From Octopus sinensis (taxonomy: Eukaryota): DNA of 64,000 bases. The notes below the pieces were generated by a model, which searched no databases, had not been told where the DNA came from, and was given only the letters and a program-made list of their open reading frames with translations. Below are positions 23,551 through 35,880 of the stretch, in pieces. The DNA is taken from NCBI RefSeq assembly GCF_006345805.1, contig NC_043008.1:23498001-23562000 (forward strand), read 5' to 3'. The stretch's first letter is position 1, and each line of letters starts with the position of its first letter. Made by a program: the position numbers and the translations under genes.

Positions 23551-26500
23551 ATGGCAAAGCTGGGTTGTGTGAATGTGCGTGGAATGGGGTCGAAATGGAA
23601 ACAAATTTGTCTCCTGAACGACCTCACAACACACGGAGTGGACGTAGCTATTGTAACCGAGTCCAAGATGAACGGGGCCCAAGCGTTCTCGCCTCTTCTA
23701 AATGGTTTCGAGAAATTTATTTCTCCTAGCCGAGGAGGAGGAAGGGGCGTGGCAGTCCTTATCAGGAAGAGCTTGGACTTGCAGGTAAGTACTGTCTTTC
23801 TGGACCCAGAAGGCAGGCTGGTCGTTCTGGATGTGACCCACGTAAGTAAACAGTCCTTCAGGTTGGTAGCTGTCTACGCTCCGAATGAGTGTAGGCAGTC
23901 AGGTTTTTTCGGAATCTGGAGCACTTTATAGTGACGTCGAAAACGGTAGTCTTAGTAGGGGACTTTAACACTGTCCTCGAAGCGCGGGTCGACAGTGTTG
24001 GCTCAACCAATAGGAAGGGGAACCCTAGCTTCAAGGGTATACTAGAGAGCTTTAATCTAGTAGACCGTTATCGACTGGATTAGCCGAGCGTTCCACAGTG
24101 GACGTGGAGTAACAACGACGGCTCACGCAGATCGTATATAGATAGGATATTCGTTAGGAAAAGAGATAAGGATACGTTTAGTTGTCCACAGTTTCACATT
24201 GTGCCTTACACGGATCACAAATTTGTGACTTGTAGGGTGCAATTAGATAAGTGCCATAGACAGGGACCCGGGTACTGGAAGCAGAACAAGTCTATTTTGA
24301 ATTGTGAAGACTTCCGTACCCGGATTAAGGTGTTAGTACAGAAGGCATTATGTGGCACCATCATTAACAATAGATGGTGGCACTCCCTCAAAAGAGCCAT
24401 TCGTTCAGAGTCCATTAGATTTAGCAATCAGCTATGGTTAGATAGGTCTAGGATAGAGGACGATTTAGTTAAGAATCTAAACGAGGCAATGGAATCTGGC
24501 TCTGCATCCGGAGTGATGGCGGCAAGGACGGTATTGTACCGTCACCTTAACTCCAAACACGAAGGTTGCAGAGTTAGAGCTAAGCTACGCGCAGGGAAAC
24601 GAGAAGGTATTAACGTTGCCGGATGGGCCCGTCGAGTGGAGAGTCAGAGAGGTAACAAAGCTTCAGTCAAGTCTTTAACTGACGAACAGGGACACAAGAT
24701 CTATGGACAGGAGGAGATGCAAAAGTTTCTTCACCAGCATTTTGCCCGCGCGTTCGGGGGGGGGGGGGGGTCGCTGGAGCGGGGGAGGGCCTTAAAGGAC
24801 TTCCTAGCCGGCGGACCGCGGCTCTCGGGGCGTGAGGTGGAGTGCTGTGAAGGAGCGATCACTCCCGCGGAGATACAGGGGGTACTGGCCGGATGCGCTG
24901 GGGAGAAGTCGCCGGGGTTGGATGGTCTGCCCTACGAGTTTTATCAAAGTATGTTGGACTTGTTCGGGGGAATACTGGCAGGCGTCTACGCGAACTGGCA
25001 GCAGAACGGGAGAATTCCCAGTTCTGTAAGCCGGGGAGTGGTGACGCTAATCCAGAAAGACCCGAGCAAGGGGGATAACATTAGTAATTACAGGCCCATA
25101 ACTCTACTTAATGTAGAGTTAAAGATTTTGGCCAAGGTGTTGGCAAAAAGGTTGACGACTGTCGTGGAGAAACTTGTAGGGAAAGCAATTCCAGGCAGGT
25201 CGATCCAGGCAGGTCGATCCAGGACAATATTCACCTTATACGCTACGCCTTAGATAGGGTGGGTAAATTAACCGGCAAGGGCGGGGTAATGGTTCATTTA
25301 GACCAAAGTAAAGCGTTCGATAGGGTAGACCATAAGTACCTGGCGACGGTCCTCGAAGCGGCTGGACTGGGCCCTGAATTTCGCGGGTGGATCTCCGCTA
25401 TGTATAGCGGCATCAAGTCCACCGTCCAGATAAACGGTTACCTAACAGAACCGTTTTCGATCGAATGTTCAGTTCGTCAAGGGTGCCCCTTGTCACCACT
25501 TTTGTACATGTTGGCTCTCGAGCCATTGCTGCGGAAGTTGGAGAGGCTGGGAAGTAACCCGGATGAGATCGGAGGCGGGAGGACGGTTTCTGCTTATGCG
25601 GATGACGTCACCCTCATCGTGTCCAATGAGGCTCAGCTACCTTGTGTAGAAGATGCTATCAGAGGATATGAGGCGGTGGCAGGAGCAAAAGTTAACAAGG
25701 ACAAGTCGATTGGCTTACGCCTCGGCACCTGGAGGAGCAAGTCGATATCGTCCAGTGCCGTGGGACACTGGACAGATGTTCCTGTTAAGTTGCTAGGAGT
25801 TTGGTTTGGGCCAGACTCCCAAACGGAGAGGAATTGGAGTGAGGTGACGGACAAGGTGGAGGCCATAGTACGGACCTGGTCCGGAAGGTTTCTGTCCTTG
25901 AAAGGAAGGGCGGAGGTGGTACAGATGTTCATTGCATCTGTAATCACTTACCGCCTGACCGTTGTCCCTTGCCCCGATTCATGGCTTAGCAAGTTGGAGC
26001 GAATCCTTTTCCGCTTTTTGTGGAAGGAAGGAAAGCCACTTGTGAGGCGCTCCGTTTGCTGCCAGGAACCGTTAAAGGGTGGGTTAGGAATGCCTTGGTT
26101 GATGATGCGCAGACATGCGGTGAGGCTGAAGCATCTCTGGCACCACCTGGAGGGTGATAAGGTGTGGAGTCCGCTGGCAGGGGAATTTTTCCCGAGACCG
26201 GCTTCCTTAGTGAATTTTAAACCCGGTTGCATCAAAAGACGGAATCTGATTTTATGGCAAAAGGAGTGCCGACAGGCACTCACGTTTATCCACAAGGCGG
26301 GCAAGGCCGGCTGCGGAAATACCACCTCGGTATTTTATAGCAGGCTGGTAGAGGCAAAGAACGACGACGTCCTAGGAGGGGCTCTGGGGTTCGACGAGGA
26401 CCAGCTTACCAACCTGTTTAAAAAGACTTTCAGGACGGGGTGTTTGGATAATTTTCAAAGATCCCTGGCCTGGCAGTGTTATAGGAATGCTTTACCTGTT

Positions 26501-26944
26501 CGCGAGAAGTTATCGCGGCACGGAATTTCAGTGCCACCGACATGTCCAAGAAGCGGGTTGGACGATGAAACCGTCCAGCACGCTTTTGTACACTGTCGGC
26601 AGTTGTCAGACTTGATAAGTTACGCAGAACACGTGTTATCGCATCTGGGACGAGTACAGCTGTCGGCTGAGTCTATGATTAAGATGATACCGCCAACTGG
26701 ACTCTCGAAGGAAGGTGAGGCATGTTTTCACTGCACGGTTGCAGTAGTAAAAGAATGCATGTGGTGTACAAGAATGGAAGGAGTCGCAATAGGATCCTTT
26801 GTCTCAGGCCCCGGCTTGCTCACTTACTTCAGATATCATCTGAAGAGCAAAATGGGGCTGGAAAAGAAGAACTTACCACGAGGTGTGTATGAAAAAAGAT
26901 GGAATGAAGTGGCGAAAAAGGTGGGTGTCAGAAACCCAGTTTAA
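23551..26944 (+). pseudogene. Tx1 ORF2: APE endonuclease, reverse transcriptase, zf-RVT; two frameshifts and one stop
   Basis: KLGCVNVRG, VYAPN, VGDFN, YIDRIF, TDHK; SPGLDGLPYEFY, NYRPITLLN, DQSKAFDRVDH, VRQGCPLSPLL, YADD; CP..G..ETVQHAFVHC. Lesions: T-run about 23905, TAG about 24082, 14-bp duplication about 25192-25224. Confidence 0.93.
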
Positions 26945-27195
26945 CTATGGATGGAGAAGAGGAAAGGAAAGCTGCGGGGCCTTAGAGGTTGCTGGGGTTT
27001 AAAATATATCGGTAAGATTTCAATCTAATGTAATGTTATATTAGTCAATGCAAAGGACAATTTAAATACAGTTTTTTGTATAATGAATAATCCATATATT
27101 GTGGAAATTTTTAAACGAACCACTTAACTGTTTTTTGTATGTATGTCCTGTATTGTTCTTCTATGTACTGATTTTATAATCGTAATAAAGAATTA

Positions 27196-27432
27196 ATCGA
27201 AAACCGGTGATTGTCGTATGCTGAGGACAGGTCAATACCTAGAAACTGCAGTCCGTGCGTATCACTTAGGTTGACGAGGGAAGGATGACCTCCCTTGCAA
27301 CTACCATAAGGACACAGAAAGTGTGCCTAAAGCCAGGTGGAGACGATGTTCTCCTGGAGCTACAAGCTACAGTAACACCCACATTGTCGTGCAGTTACTG
27401 TTTATACCTCGTTCAGAGATTTATTATTGCTT
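27196..27432 (+). mobile_element. Retrozyme-like monomer, direct copy, 3' part plus start of next unit
   Basis: 27345 onward repeats 21632 onward (gatgttctcct..ctacaag..cagtaacacccac) with a ~41-nt deletion; ends in (TA)n. Confidence 0.85.
27215..27259 (+). ncRNA. Type-I hammerhead ribozyme, canonical core, palindromic TGCA loop III
   Basis: cgtatg-CTGAGGA-c-aggt-caat-acct-a-GAAAC-TGCA-GTC-cgtgcg; predicted cleavage after C27253. Confidence 0.9.
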
Positions 27433-27450
27433 ATATATATATATATATAT

Positions 27451-27790
27451 ATATATTATATTAAATTAGAGATAAAACCACTATTAGGCAAATCAAACAG
27501 TGAAAATCATAAGCCAATACATAGAAATAAAATTAATTAAGAAATATAAAAAATATAAAATATAAAATATAAAAATCCAATTAAAATATTTAATTGAAGT
27601 TAAAATTTAAGAAAATTACTTAAATTAAGTTAATAAATTTTTAATATTTTAACTTTAATTTAAATATTTTAATTGGATTTTTATATTTTTTATATTTTTT
27701 AATTAATTTTATTTCTATGTATTGGCTTATGATTTTCACTGTTTAATTTGCCTAATAGTTGTTTTATCTCTAATTTAATATAATATATAT
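27451..27790. repeat. AT-rich foldback palindrome flanked by (TA)n
   Basis: About 27451-27610 is the reverse complement of about 27640-27790 with small indels. Confidence 0.85.
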
Positions 27791-27865
27791 TTATACTATA
27801 AAATTAGATTTAATCCTAAATCTAATTTTTCCCTGTAAGTTTGGATTTACTCCATAATATTTTAT

Positions 27866-27903
<38 letters not shown>

Positions 27904-27924
27904 ATTGTTTTTGTTTTTGTTTTT

Positions 27925-27968
27925 TCCAGTTTCAGCTCTTGAGCTGTGGCCATGCTGGGGCACCGCCA
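27925..27968 (-). mobile_element. SINE 3' tail fragment
   Basis: gtttcagctcttgagctgtggccatgctggggcaccgcc. Confidence 0.6.
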
Positions 27969-27976
27969 TTATATAT

Positions 27977-28018
<42 letters not shown>

Positions 28019-28311
28019 TACTTGGAAAAGGATGCGTTGCGTTTGTTCATATAATATAAAGAATATATAAATATATGCATATATACATACATATATGTAC
28101 ATACCTACATATATATGTATATATACATGCATATATGGGTACAGGACATAACAGAAAACGTGGACACAATGAGAGACAAAAACATAAAAGCAAAAACATA
28201 GAAAACGAACTTTTTTTCGAACAACGAAAAAAATACAGAGAAGCGAGACATGCAACATAAAGAACATTCGCTACATCAGTTGTCCCTGTTTCATATACTC
28301 TGCTATCCCCC

Positions 28312-28887
<576 letters not shown>

Positions 28888-28943
28888 TTCCGGAAACGCT
28901 GCCGTTGTTCTCTTTTAGAGAGACTTAGTAATTTTAATATTTC

Positions 28944-29001
<58 letters not shown>

Positions 29002-29039
29002 GAAAGAAGGTTTGAAAATTCAATTTAAAAGATGTTTAT

Positions 29040-29084
29040 TTACTTTACCGGTTTCACTCTTTGGAAAAAGATTGTCAAAAGTAA
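29040..29084 (-). ncRNA. Type-I HHR, U3-A8 variant (left arm)
   Basis: Minus strand: ttactt-TTGACAA-tcttt-ttcc-aaaga-gt-GAAAC-CG-GTA-aagtaa; perfect 6-bp stem I. Confidence 0.7.
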
Positions 29085-31342
29085 CATGTAGAAGTTTGGT
29101 TGCGGTAATTATTGGTTGTTACAAATTGCTACATTACAGATATACAGTCTTTGGTAACAGGGACATGTTAAGGACATAAAAAAATTCAACAAGTTCCTTA
29201 AATTATTGGGCACAAAAGATTTCTACATAAATAATCGTTCTCAAGGACATGCTTAAGATAGTTTCCAGAAGGAATTGATATTGGTATTGGTATTGTATCT
29301 GTCTATTCAAACATGCACAGAATATTGGTTGACACAGAGTACTACAATCCATATAAATATACATTCTTTGGTGACAAGAGCATGTTGAGAATATAAAAAA
29401 GTTACAAAAGATTACAACAAATATATTATACATTCCCAAGATAATTTCCAGAAGGAATTATTAAAAAAGTTCAATATACACGTACAGAATATTATGAGTT
29501 CAAAAAGATTTACATTATAATAGTAGTGAAGCTAAAACTGACCTGTCCGCTATGGTAGCGTAAAAGAATATTATCTATTTCAAGGGACACAGTAGGTGTG
29601 TTTGGTTGGGGGTAAAAAGGAGGATTAATGTGGAACTGAAAAGAATTTACCCTTTTTTTGTCTCTCCTTCAAGCATCAATGATTTAGGGGTCAGGATGGG
29701 TGAGTGTGTGTGTCTTTGTGTGTGTGCGTGTGTGTGTGTGTGTATACATATGTGGCGTGAATAGATGTGTCTGTGTGTCTGTATATATGTATGTGTTGTG
29801 TGTATATATGTATTGTGTATATGTATGTTATATATATATATATATATATATCATATATATATATTATATATATATATGTGTGTGTATGTTATATGTATGT
29901 ATATTATATGTATATGTATTGAATATAAATATATATATGTTATATATATATGTATATATGATATATATGTGTATATGATGTGTGTATGTGTGATGTATAT
30001 ATATATAGTGTATATATGTATAATATATATATGTATATATGATATATATATATGGCTCAGACACACACATGAACACATGTATACATATATATACACACAC
30101 AAAGACACATACACCCACACCATATATACGCACACACACAGGTACATACTCAATACCAACGCGCGCAAAACGCATATACACACATGCCACACAGAAACAC
30201 CCAACAGACATGGACACACATACGAACAAACACATACACACTAACGCACACGCAACACACTAATAAACATTAACCACACACATACACACACACACTCACA
30301 CAAACGGGCACACATATACACACACCATACTACCCCCCAAAATTCTTTAAATAACACACATCTATTTACACCACAATGGACCCTGGAACCAATCAAAAAC
30401 AGCCCACCACACACACAAACACATGTATACATATATATACACACACACAAGGACACACATACTCACACCAATCTCAACTCGATACAGACACACATACACA
30501 TGCAACACCATGCCAAATGCCATCCACACACATACATACACACACACACACACACAACACCAAGACAACCACACACGCGGTTGACAAACGGACACACATA
30601 TACACACACCATCCTACCAGATCTTACAGACACACAGACACATCTATTCACACCAAATATGTATACACACACACACACATACACACAAAGACACACACAC
30701 TCACCCATCCTGACCCCTAAATCATTGATGCTTGAAGGAGCGACAAAAAAGGGTAAATTCTTTTCAGTTCCACATTACTCCTCCTTTTCCCCCCAACCAA
30801 ACACACCTACTGTGTCCCTTGAAATAGATAATATTCTTTTACGCTACCATAGCGGACAGGTCAGTTTTAGCTTCACTACTATTATAATTTAAATCTTTTT
30901 GAACTCATAATATCCTGTACGTGTATATTGAACTTTTTAAATAATTCCTTCTGGAAATTATCTTGAGAATGTATAATATATTTGTTGTAATCTTTTGTGC
31001 CCATTATTTCAATGAGCTTGTTAAACTTTTTTATATTCTCAACATGCTCTTGTCACCAAAGAATGTATATTTATATGGATTGTAGTACTCTGTGTCAACC
31101 AATATTCTGTGCATGTTTGAATATACAGATACAATACCAATACCAATATCAATTCCTTCTGGAAACTATCTTAAGCATGTCCTTGAGAACGATTATTTAT
31201 GTAGAAATCTTTTGTGCCCAATAATTTAAGGAACTTGTTGAACTTTTTTATGTCCTTAACATGTCCCTGTTACCAAAGACTGTATATCTGTAATGTAGCA
31301 ATTTGTAATAACCAATAATTACCGCAACCAAACTTCTACATG

Positions 31343-31387
31343 TTACTTTTGACAATCTTTTTCTAAAGAGTGAAACCGGTAAAGTAA
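31343..31387 (+). ncRNA. Type-I HHR, U3-A8 variant (right arm)
   Basis: ttactt-TTGACAA-tcttt-ttct-aaaga-gt-GAAAC-CG-GTA-aagtaa. Confidence 0.7.
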
Positions 31388-31467
31388 ATAAACATCTTTT
31401 AAATTGAATTTTCAAACCTTCTTTCGTATATAATTCCACTCGTGCGGTAACCCACAACTCCACTTTG

Positions 31468-31545
<78 letters not shown>

Positions 31546-31546
31546 G

Positions 31547-31580
<34 letters not shown>

Positions 31581-31605
31581 TATATATAATATATATATAT
31601 ATATA

Positions 31606-31825
31606 TTTTTTGTACTTGTTTCAGTCATTTGACTGCGGCCATGCTGGAGCACCGCCTTTAGAGTGGTGAAAGAGTACAGCAGGGATCACCACCTCCTGCC
31701 GGAGCCTCGTGGAGCTTTTAGGTGTTTTTTTCGCTCAATAAACACACACAACGCCCGGTCTGGGAATCGAAACCGCGATCCTCCGACCGCAAGTCCGCTG
31801 CCCTAACCACTAGGCCATTGCGCCT

Positions 31826-31828
<3 letters not shown>
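31606..31828 (-). mobile_element. tRNA-derived SINE (family B) sharing the CORE-SINE 3' tail
   Basis: Head GGAGGCGCAATGGCCTAGTGGTTAGGGC..GGTTTCGATTCCC; tail GGCGGTGCTCCAGCATGGCCGCAGTCAAATGACTGAAAC. Confidence 0.8.
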
Positions 31829-31854
<26 letters not shown>

Positions 31855-31863
<9 letters not shown>

Positions 31864-32682
31864 ATTTCGGAATGGTCATTTTGCCAGTTTAGCCAATAAA
31901 AACACACGCACTATATATGTGGTGTTACTTTGTTTCAGTGCTTGTAATAGAACAGACGCAACAATCAGACAAATTACGGAAGCTACACACATAATAGAAG
32001 ATAAACCTAGCCTGAATAGGAAACTGGAATGGAACACTAGCACACACCACAACATATGACAGAAGAGAATCTTCATAAACTGATTACAATATAAACAAAA
32101 TGAAAACATACTAAAATAAAATACACAGATAAATAAACAAATGGAAGTAAATAACTATATACATTTTGTTAAATTTTTAAATTTTTTATTATTATTATTA
32201 CTAATATTGTTGTTATACATACATACAAACGTAATGATAATAATAATGATAATGATAATAATAATGATAATAATAATAATAAGTGGGTGTAAACACATGA
32301 ACAAAATAAGAATAAACAAAAACAAAAGCAAATTACACGAACATATATAAACAGAAGATACAAATATTACAGGTATCCCCCCACACGCTAACTAAACATA
32401 GACGCACATAGAGATATACGCATGCGCAAATGAAGACACATACAATAGAAATACAAAATACAAAATAGCTGACCGTTGGTAAGGAGAGACACACAAATAA
32501 GAAAGAAGAAAACAAAGGACCACTGATGCGGTCACAGGAGTGTGACGAAAGAACTCTGGCCGAAATAAGATTAAGATTAATGTAAAAAATAAATAACACT
32601 GAAGCAAAGTAACACCAAATATATAGTGCGTGTGTTTTTATTGGCTAACCTGGCAAAATGACCATTCCTAAATACAACAATA
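31855..32682. repeat. 86-bp inverted repeats around a ~655-bp AT-rich spacer
   Basis: 31855-31940 versus 32597-32682. Confidence 0.8.
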
Positions 32683-33104
32683 TCTGTTTCAACACACGAT
32701 TTCACATAAAAAATCTTGCACAACAAATATATATATATATATATATATACACACATTAAAAACTTAGGGAATAGCAATTATTCCAGGTTATAAGGATATT
32801 TACTATTTCAAACTTCACTAATGCAAAGCAAACAGTATCAATTATAATATTATTATTACAAATCTGGGATTTTACCAATAGGACAACAACTTCAATTTCA
32901 GGACAACCTTATTTACTGGAGTACACATAGAAAATTATATCCAAAAATACTAATCTAATAATATAAGCATTTTAAAGCCTACTGTAACGTACAGTAAGAA
33001 TAAAGTACATTAGAATTAATTATAAATTATTTACACATATTTTCAAGAATATATATACCTTAGCTGTTATTAGTCTGTGGGGAAAGAAGATAGTATGAAT
33101 CAAC

Positions 33105-33172
33105 GCTACACGTGTTTCAGCTCTGGTGGTTTGTTTTACCTAAAACATAATTCCACCAGTGCATCCTCAGGC
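33105..33172 (-). ncRNA. PLE-associated type-I HHR with long stem II
   Basis: Minus strand: gc-CTGAGGA-t-gcactggtgg..ccaccagagc-t-GAAAC-ACGT-GTA-gc; palindromic loop III. Confidence 0.7.
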
Positions 33173-33279
33173 TATTTTCCTCTTTTTATTATTATTATTA
33201 ACGGATCCAACTTTATCCTACAAATTCTAAGATATCTTCATTAAAAATAAGAATATATATATATATATATCTTCCTCAT

Positions 33280-33600
33280 TAATTGTTTAATAGATTACAT
33301 ACTGGTGGGGGGTATCTTTTCATATATTTTTCATCTTATTATAAAATAAAGCTATTTTTGTGTTGGCATTTTATCCCCCTCTCATCAATCCTGTTCAGTA
33401 ATACTTCTTTCGACTGGAGTATTTTCATAAACTCAATAGTGCATAACAAGCACATTTTATTACCTATTCTTCGCTCTACTAATAATATTCTAATTCAGGG
33501 TGTATTCTATTTTGTCAGATTTCAATTCCCATATATATTTACTTGGACCTGTCGAATTACTTAATATGGGATTTTTAAAGGATTGATAATGCTGGGAAAC
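33280..33600 (-). pseudogene. Penelope-like GIY-YIG C-terminal fragment
   Basis: Minus strand: VERRIGNKMCLLCTIEFMKILQSKEVLLNR (PLE K.C.LC..E..IL....LN motif), just upstream of an HHR. Confidence 0.6.
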
Positions 33601-34474
33601 TTTTTTAATTTCTCTTCACTCCTAGCCACCGTTTCCCTTCCACCCTCTCCCTCCACCGTTACTCCACCCCACCCCACCATCTCTATACATCCCACCCACC
33701 CATCACTTAAATTATAGTCTCACAACCTCCCACCTCAACCCCACACCCACCCTTGCTTCTCCCTACGCTCACCTTCCCACGCCCCAACACCACCACACAC
33801 CACCACATCATACACCACCACACCACATCATGCCACCCACACCACACACCAGAACACCACACCACACACCACCATACCATACTAAACCACATCACAGCAC
33901 CCCCACACATTAGCACTGACCACTTCCCAGCACCCAAGCCATCATCCACACACCTACTCATGCACACATGCACGCGCCAAGGTCACCAGCCTCTATCCAC
34001 ACGCACATACACGCTCTCACATACACGAACGCGCACCTTCGTTTTGGGATCACAACTACTTTATTATCTTCCCTTCTTCCTAGCTCTCCTGTCTGACCAT
34101 CTCTGCCCTGCATTTGCCATGATTGCTAGCTATTCACTAAACCGTTTTTTCATTTTCTCTCTGTTTATTTCTGTGTCCCTTTCTGTTGAAGAGTATAGGC
34201 TTGAAACATAAAAGACTTTCTCACTTTCCGAGCGTTAAACTAATACATGTGTTTGTTGTTTACACAGCCGTCTTTATCTTTTGTTTTGTATTTGTTTTTG
34301 TAAATTCCAACTACATATATATTTATAGTTATCGCCAAGCTAACATGGGAGACCAGGAAAATGATTAGATCCAACAAGCCATTGCCTCTAGTTAGCTATG
34401 TGAAACAGAAACCTGTGCCCATTATAACCTTCGAACAGGGGAGGTCAGCAGCTTCGCCTTGCTGGTTTGACAGG

Positions 34475-34513
34475 CACGAACTAGTTTCGGGGTAGTTTCC
34501 CCTTATCAATGTG
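34475..34513 (-). ncRNA. Type-I HHR, U3-A8 variant, at the tip of a long hairpin
   Basis: Minus strand: caca-TTGATAA-GGGG-aaacta-CCCC-GAAAC-TA-GTT-cgtg; flanks 34443-34452 and 34538-34547 pair. Confidence 0.65.
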
Positions 34514-34677
34514 GAGAAGCCGAACCCTGCAGGCGACGCTGCTGACCATCTTTTGGAAGGTTTATTTACCTAAATTCATTGGATTTACCTAAATACAGTG
34601 TACATTTAAGCACATAAGAGGTTTCCTTCATAGGATTCCTTTCACGCTAGAAGGAACAGCTAAAGTCCAAACCACTA

Positions 34678-34970
34678 TCTGTGTCTATAAAAGGCAGGAT
34701 GTGTGTGTGTGTGTGTATGTGTATGTGTGTGTGTGTGTTTGTGTGAATGTAATTTATGCACGTCCACAAATTAGCTCGCATGTCGCTTCAGTTTTAGGAG
34801 GACATTCGTCACCATCCTACCTGGGTTTTGTCAACTTATTTTTTTCCTGAGGCACCCGCGGATAGCGGTAAAAATCTATTTTCAACCATAGCTTTTACGA
34901 ATTTTGAAGGTTGCTAACATGAGTTAAGTTCCTTCTAGCCATAGTCAAGCGAAAGTTTGTGTGTGTGAGT

Positions 34971-35015
<45 letters not shown>

Positions 35016-35807
35016 TGTGTTGATGTATGTGTGTGAGGGAGAGAGAGTGTTTCCGAACGTCTAACAAAAAGTAAAGAAAAAGTATGTGTAAGGGAGAGTG
35101 GAAGTGAGTTTGACAGCGTCTAACAAAAAAGGTAAAGACAAAGTGAGAGAGAGAGAGAGAGAGAGAGGGAGAGTAAGTGACAGCGTTCATAAAAAATAAA
35201 ATGTAAAATGTTTTGTTTTTCTTAAACACGAGATATAGTCTTCAAATTTAGGATGTTTTTGAAAGACACTATATTTTATTATGAGATTATATACACTTTC
35301 TCACACAACAATTAAAATATATTTATTTTAGATCATTTATTTTAAATCGTTCATCTGTCTCCCCCCTCTCTCTCTCACACACATTACTTTGGGCGCGAAA
35401 GAGTTTTGTTTTTATTTTATGCGGAGGTAAAAATGTTTTGTTGAGAATCCATTTACTAAACAGCAAAGAAACAAAGAAGTAGGTAACAATTTGTTAGTGA
35501 ATTACACAATATAAATGGTTACAATTTCCGAGGCTTCCGCCACACCCCACTCCGTTTTTCGGAGCAAAAAAAGGGTTTTGTAGCATATTACGAGGCCAGA
35601 GTAGTTGCTTCAACGCAAAAACCCCTATTTGTTTTCTTAGTGAAAATCGTGCAAATCTACAAATTTACCAACATTTTTTCCATTCATTTCTCTTTATGAA
35701 CATGTATGCGTGCACAAAACATATATGCAATAGGTGTACAGGTGTACGTACGTACGTGTGTGTATGTGTGTTCGTGTGTGTGTCTGTTTTGCCCATATAT
35801 ATTTATA

Positions 35808-35880
<73 letters not shown>

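Larger units (their letters stand above)
21850..27195 (+). mobile_element. Near-full-length Tx1-clade (L1 group) LINE with 14-bp TSD
   Basis: ORF1 with zinc-knuckle-like motif, ORF2 APE-RT-zf; AATAAA at 27184; TSD atcgaaaaccggtg at 21836-21849 and 27196-27209. Confidence 0.92.
29001..31426. mobile_element. Long-inverted-repeat (foldback) element, ~790-bp arms, TA-flanked
   Basis: 29001-~29790 is the reverse complement of ~30625-31426; arms have internal subrepeats and differ by a ~25-nt indel; CA/TA-rich centre. Confidence 0.85.

Noticed and set aside
31740-31828. Functional tRNA gene (likewise the heads at about 930, 6390, 14600, 42630 and 45980)
   Set aside because: tRNA-like heads are fused to SINE bodies and tails, some with TSDs.
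33650-34050. His/Thr/Pro-rich ORF 33753-34211
   Set aside because: Low-complexity CAC/CCA-rich degenerate repeat.
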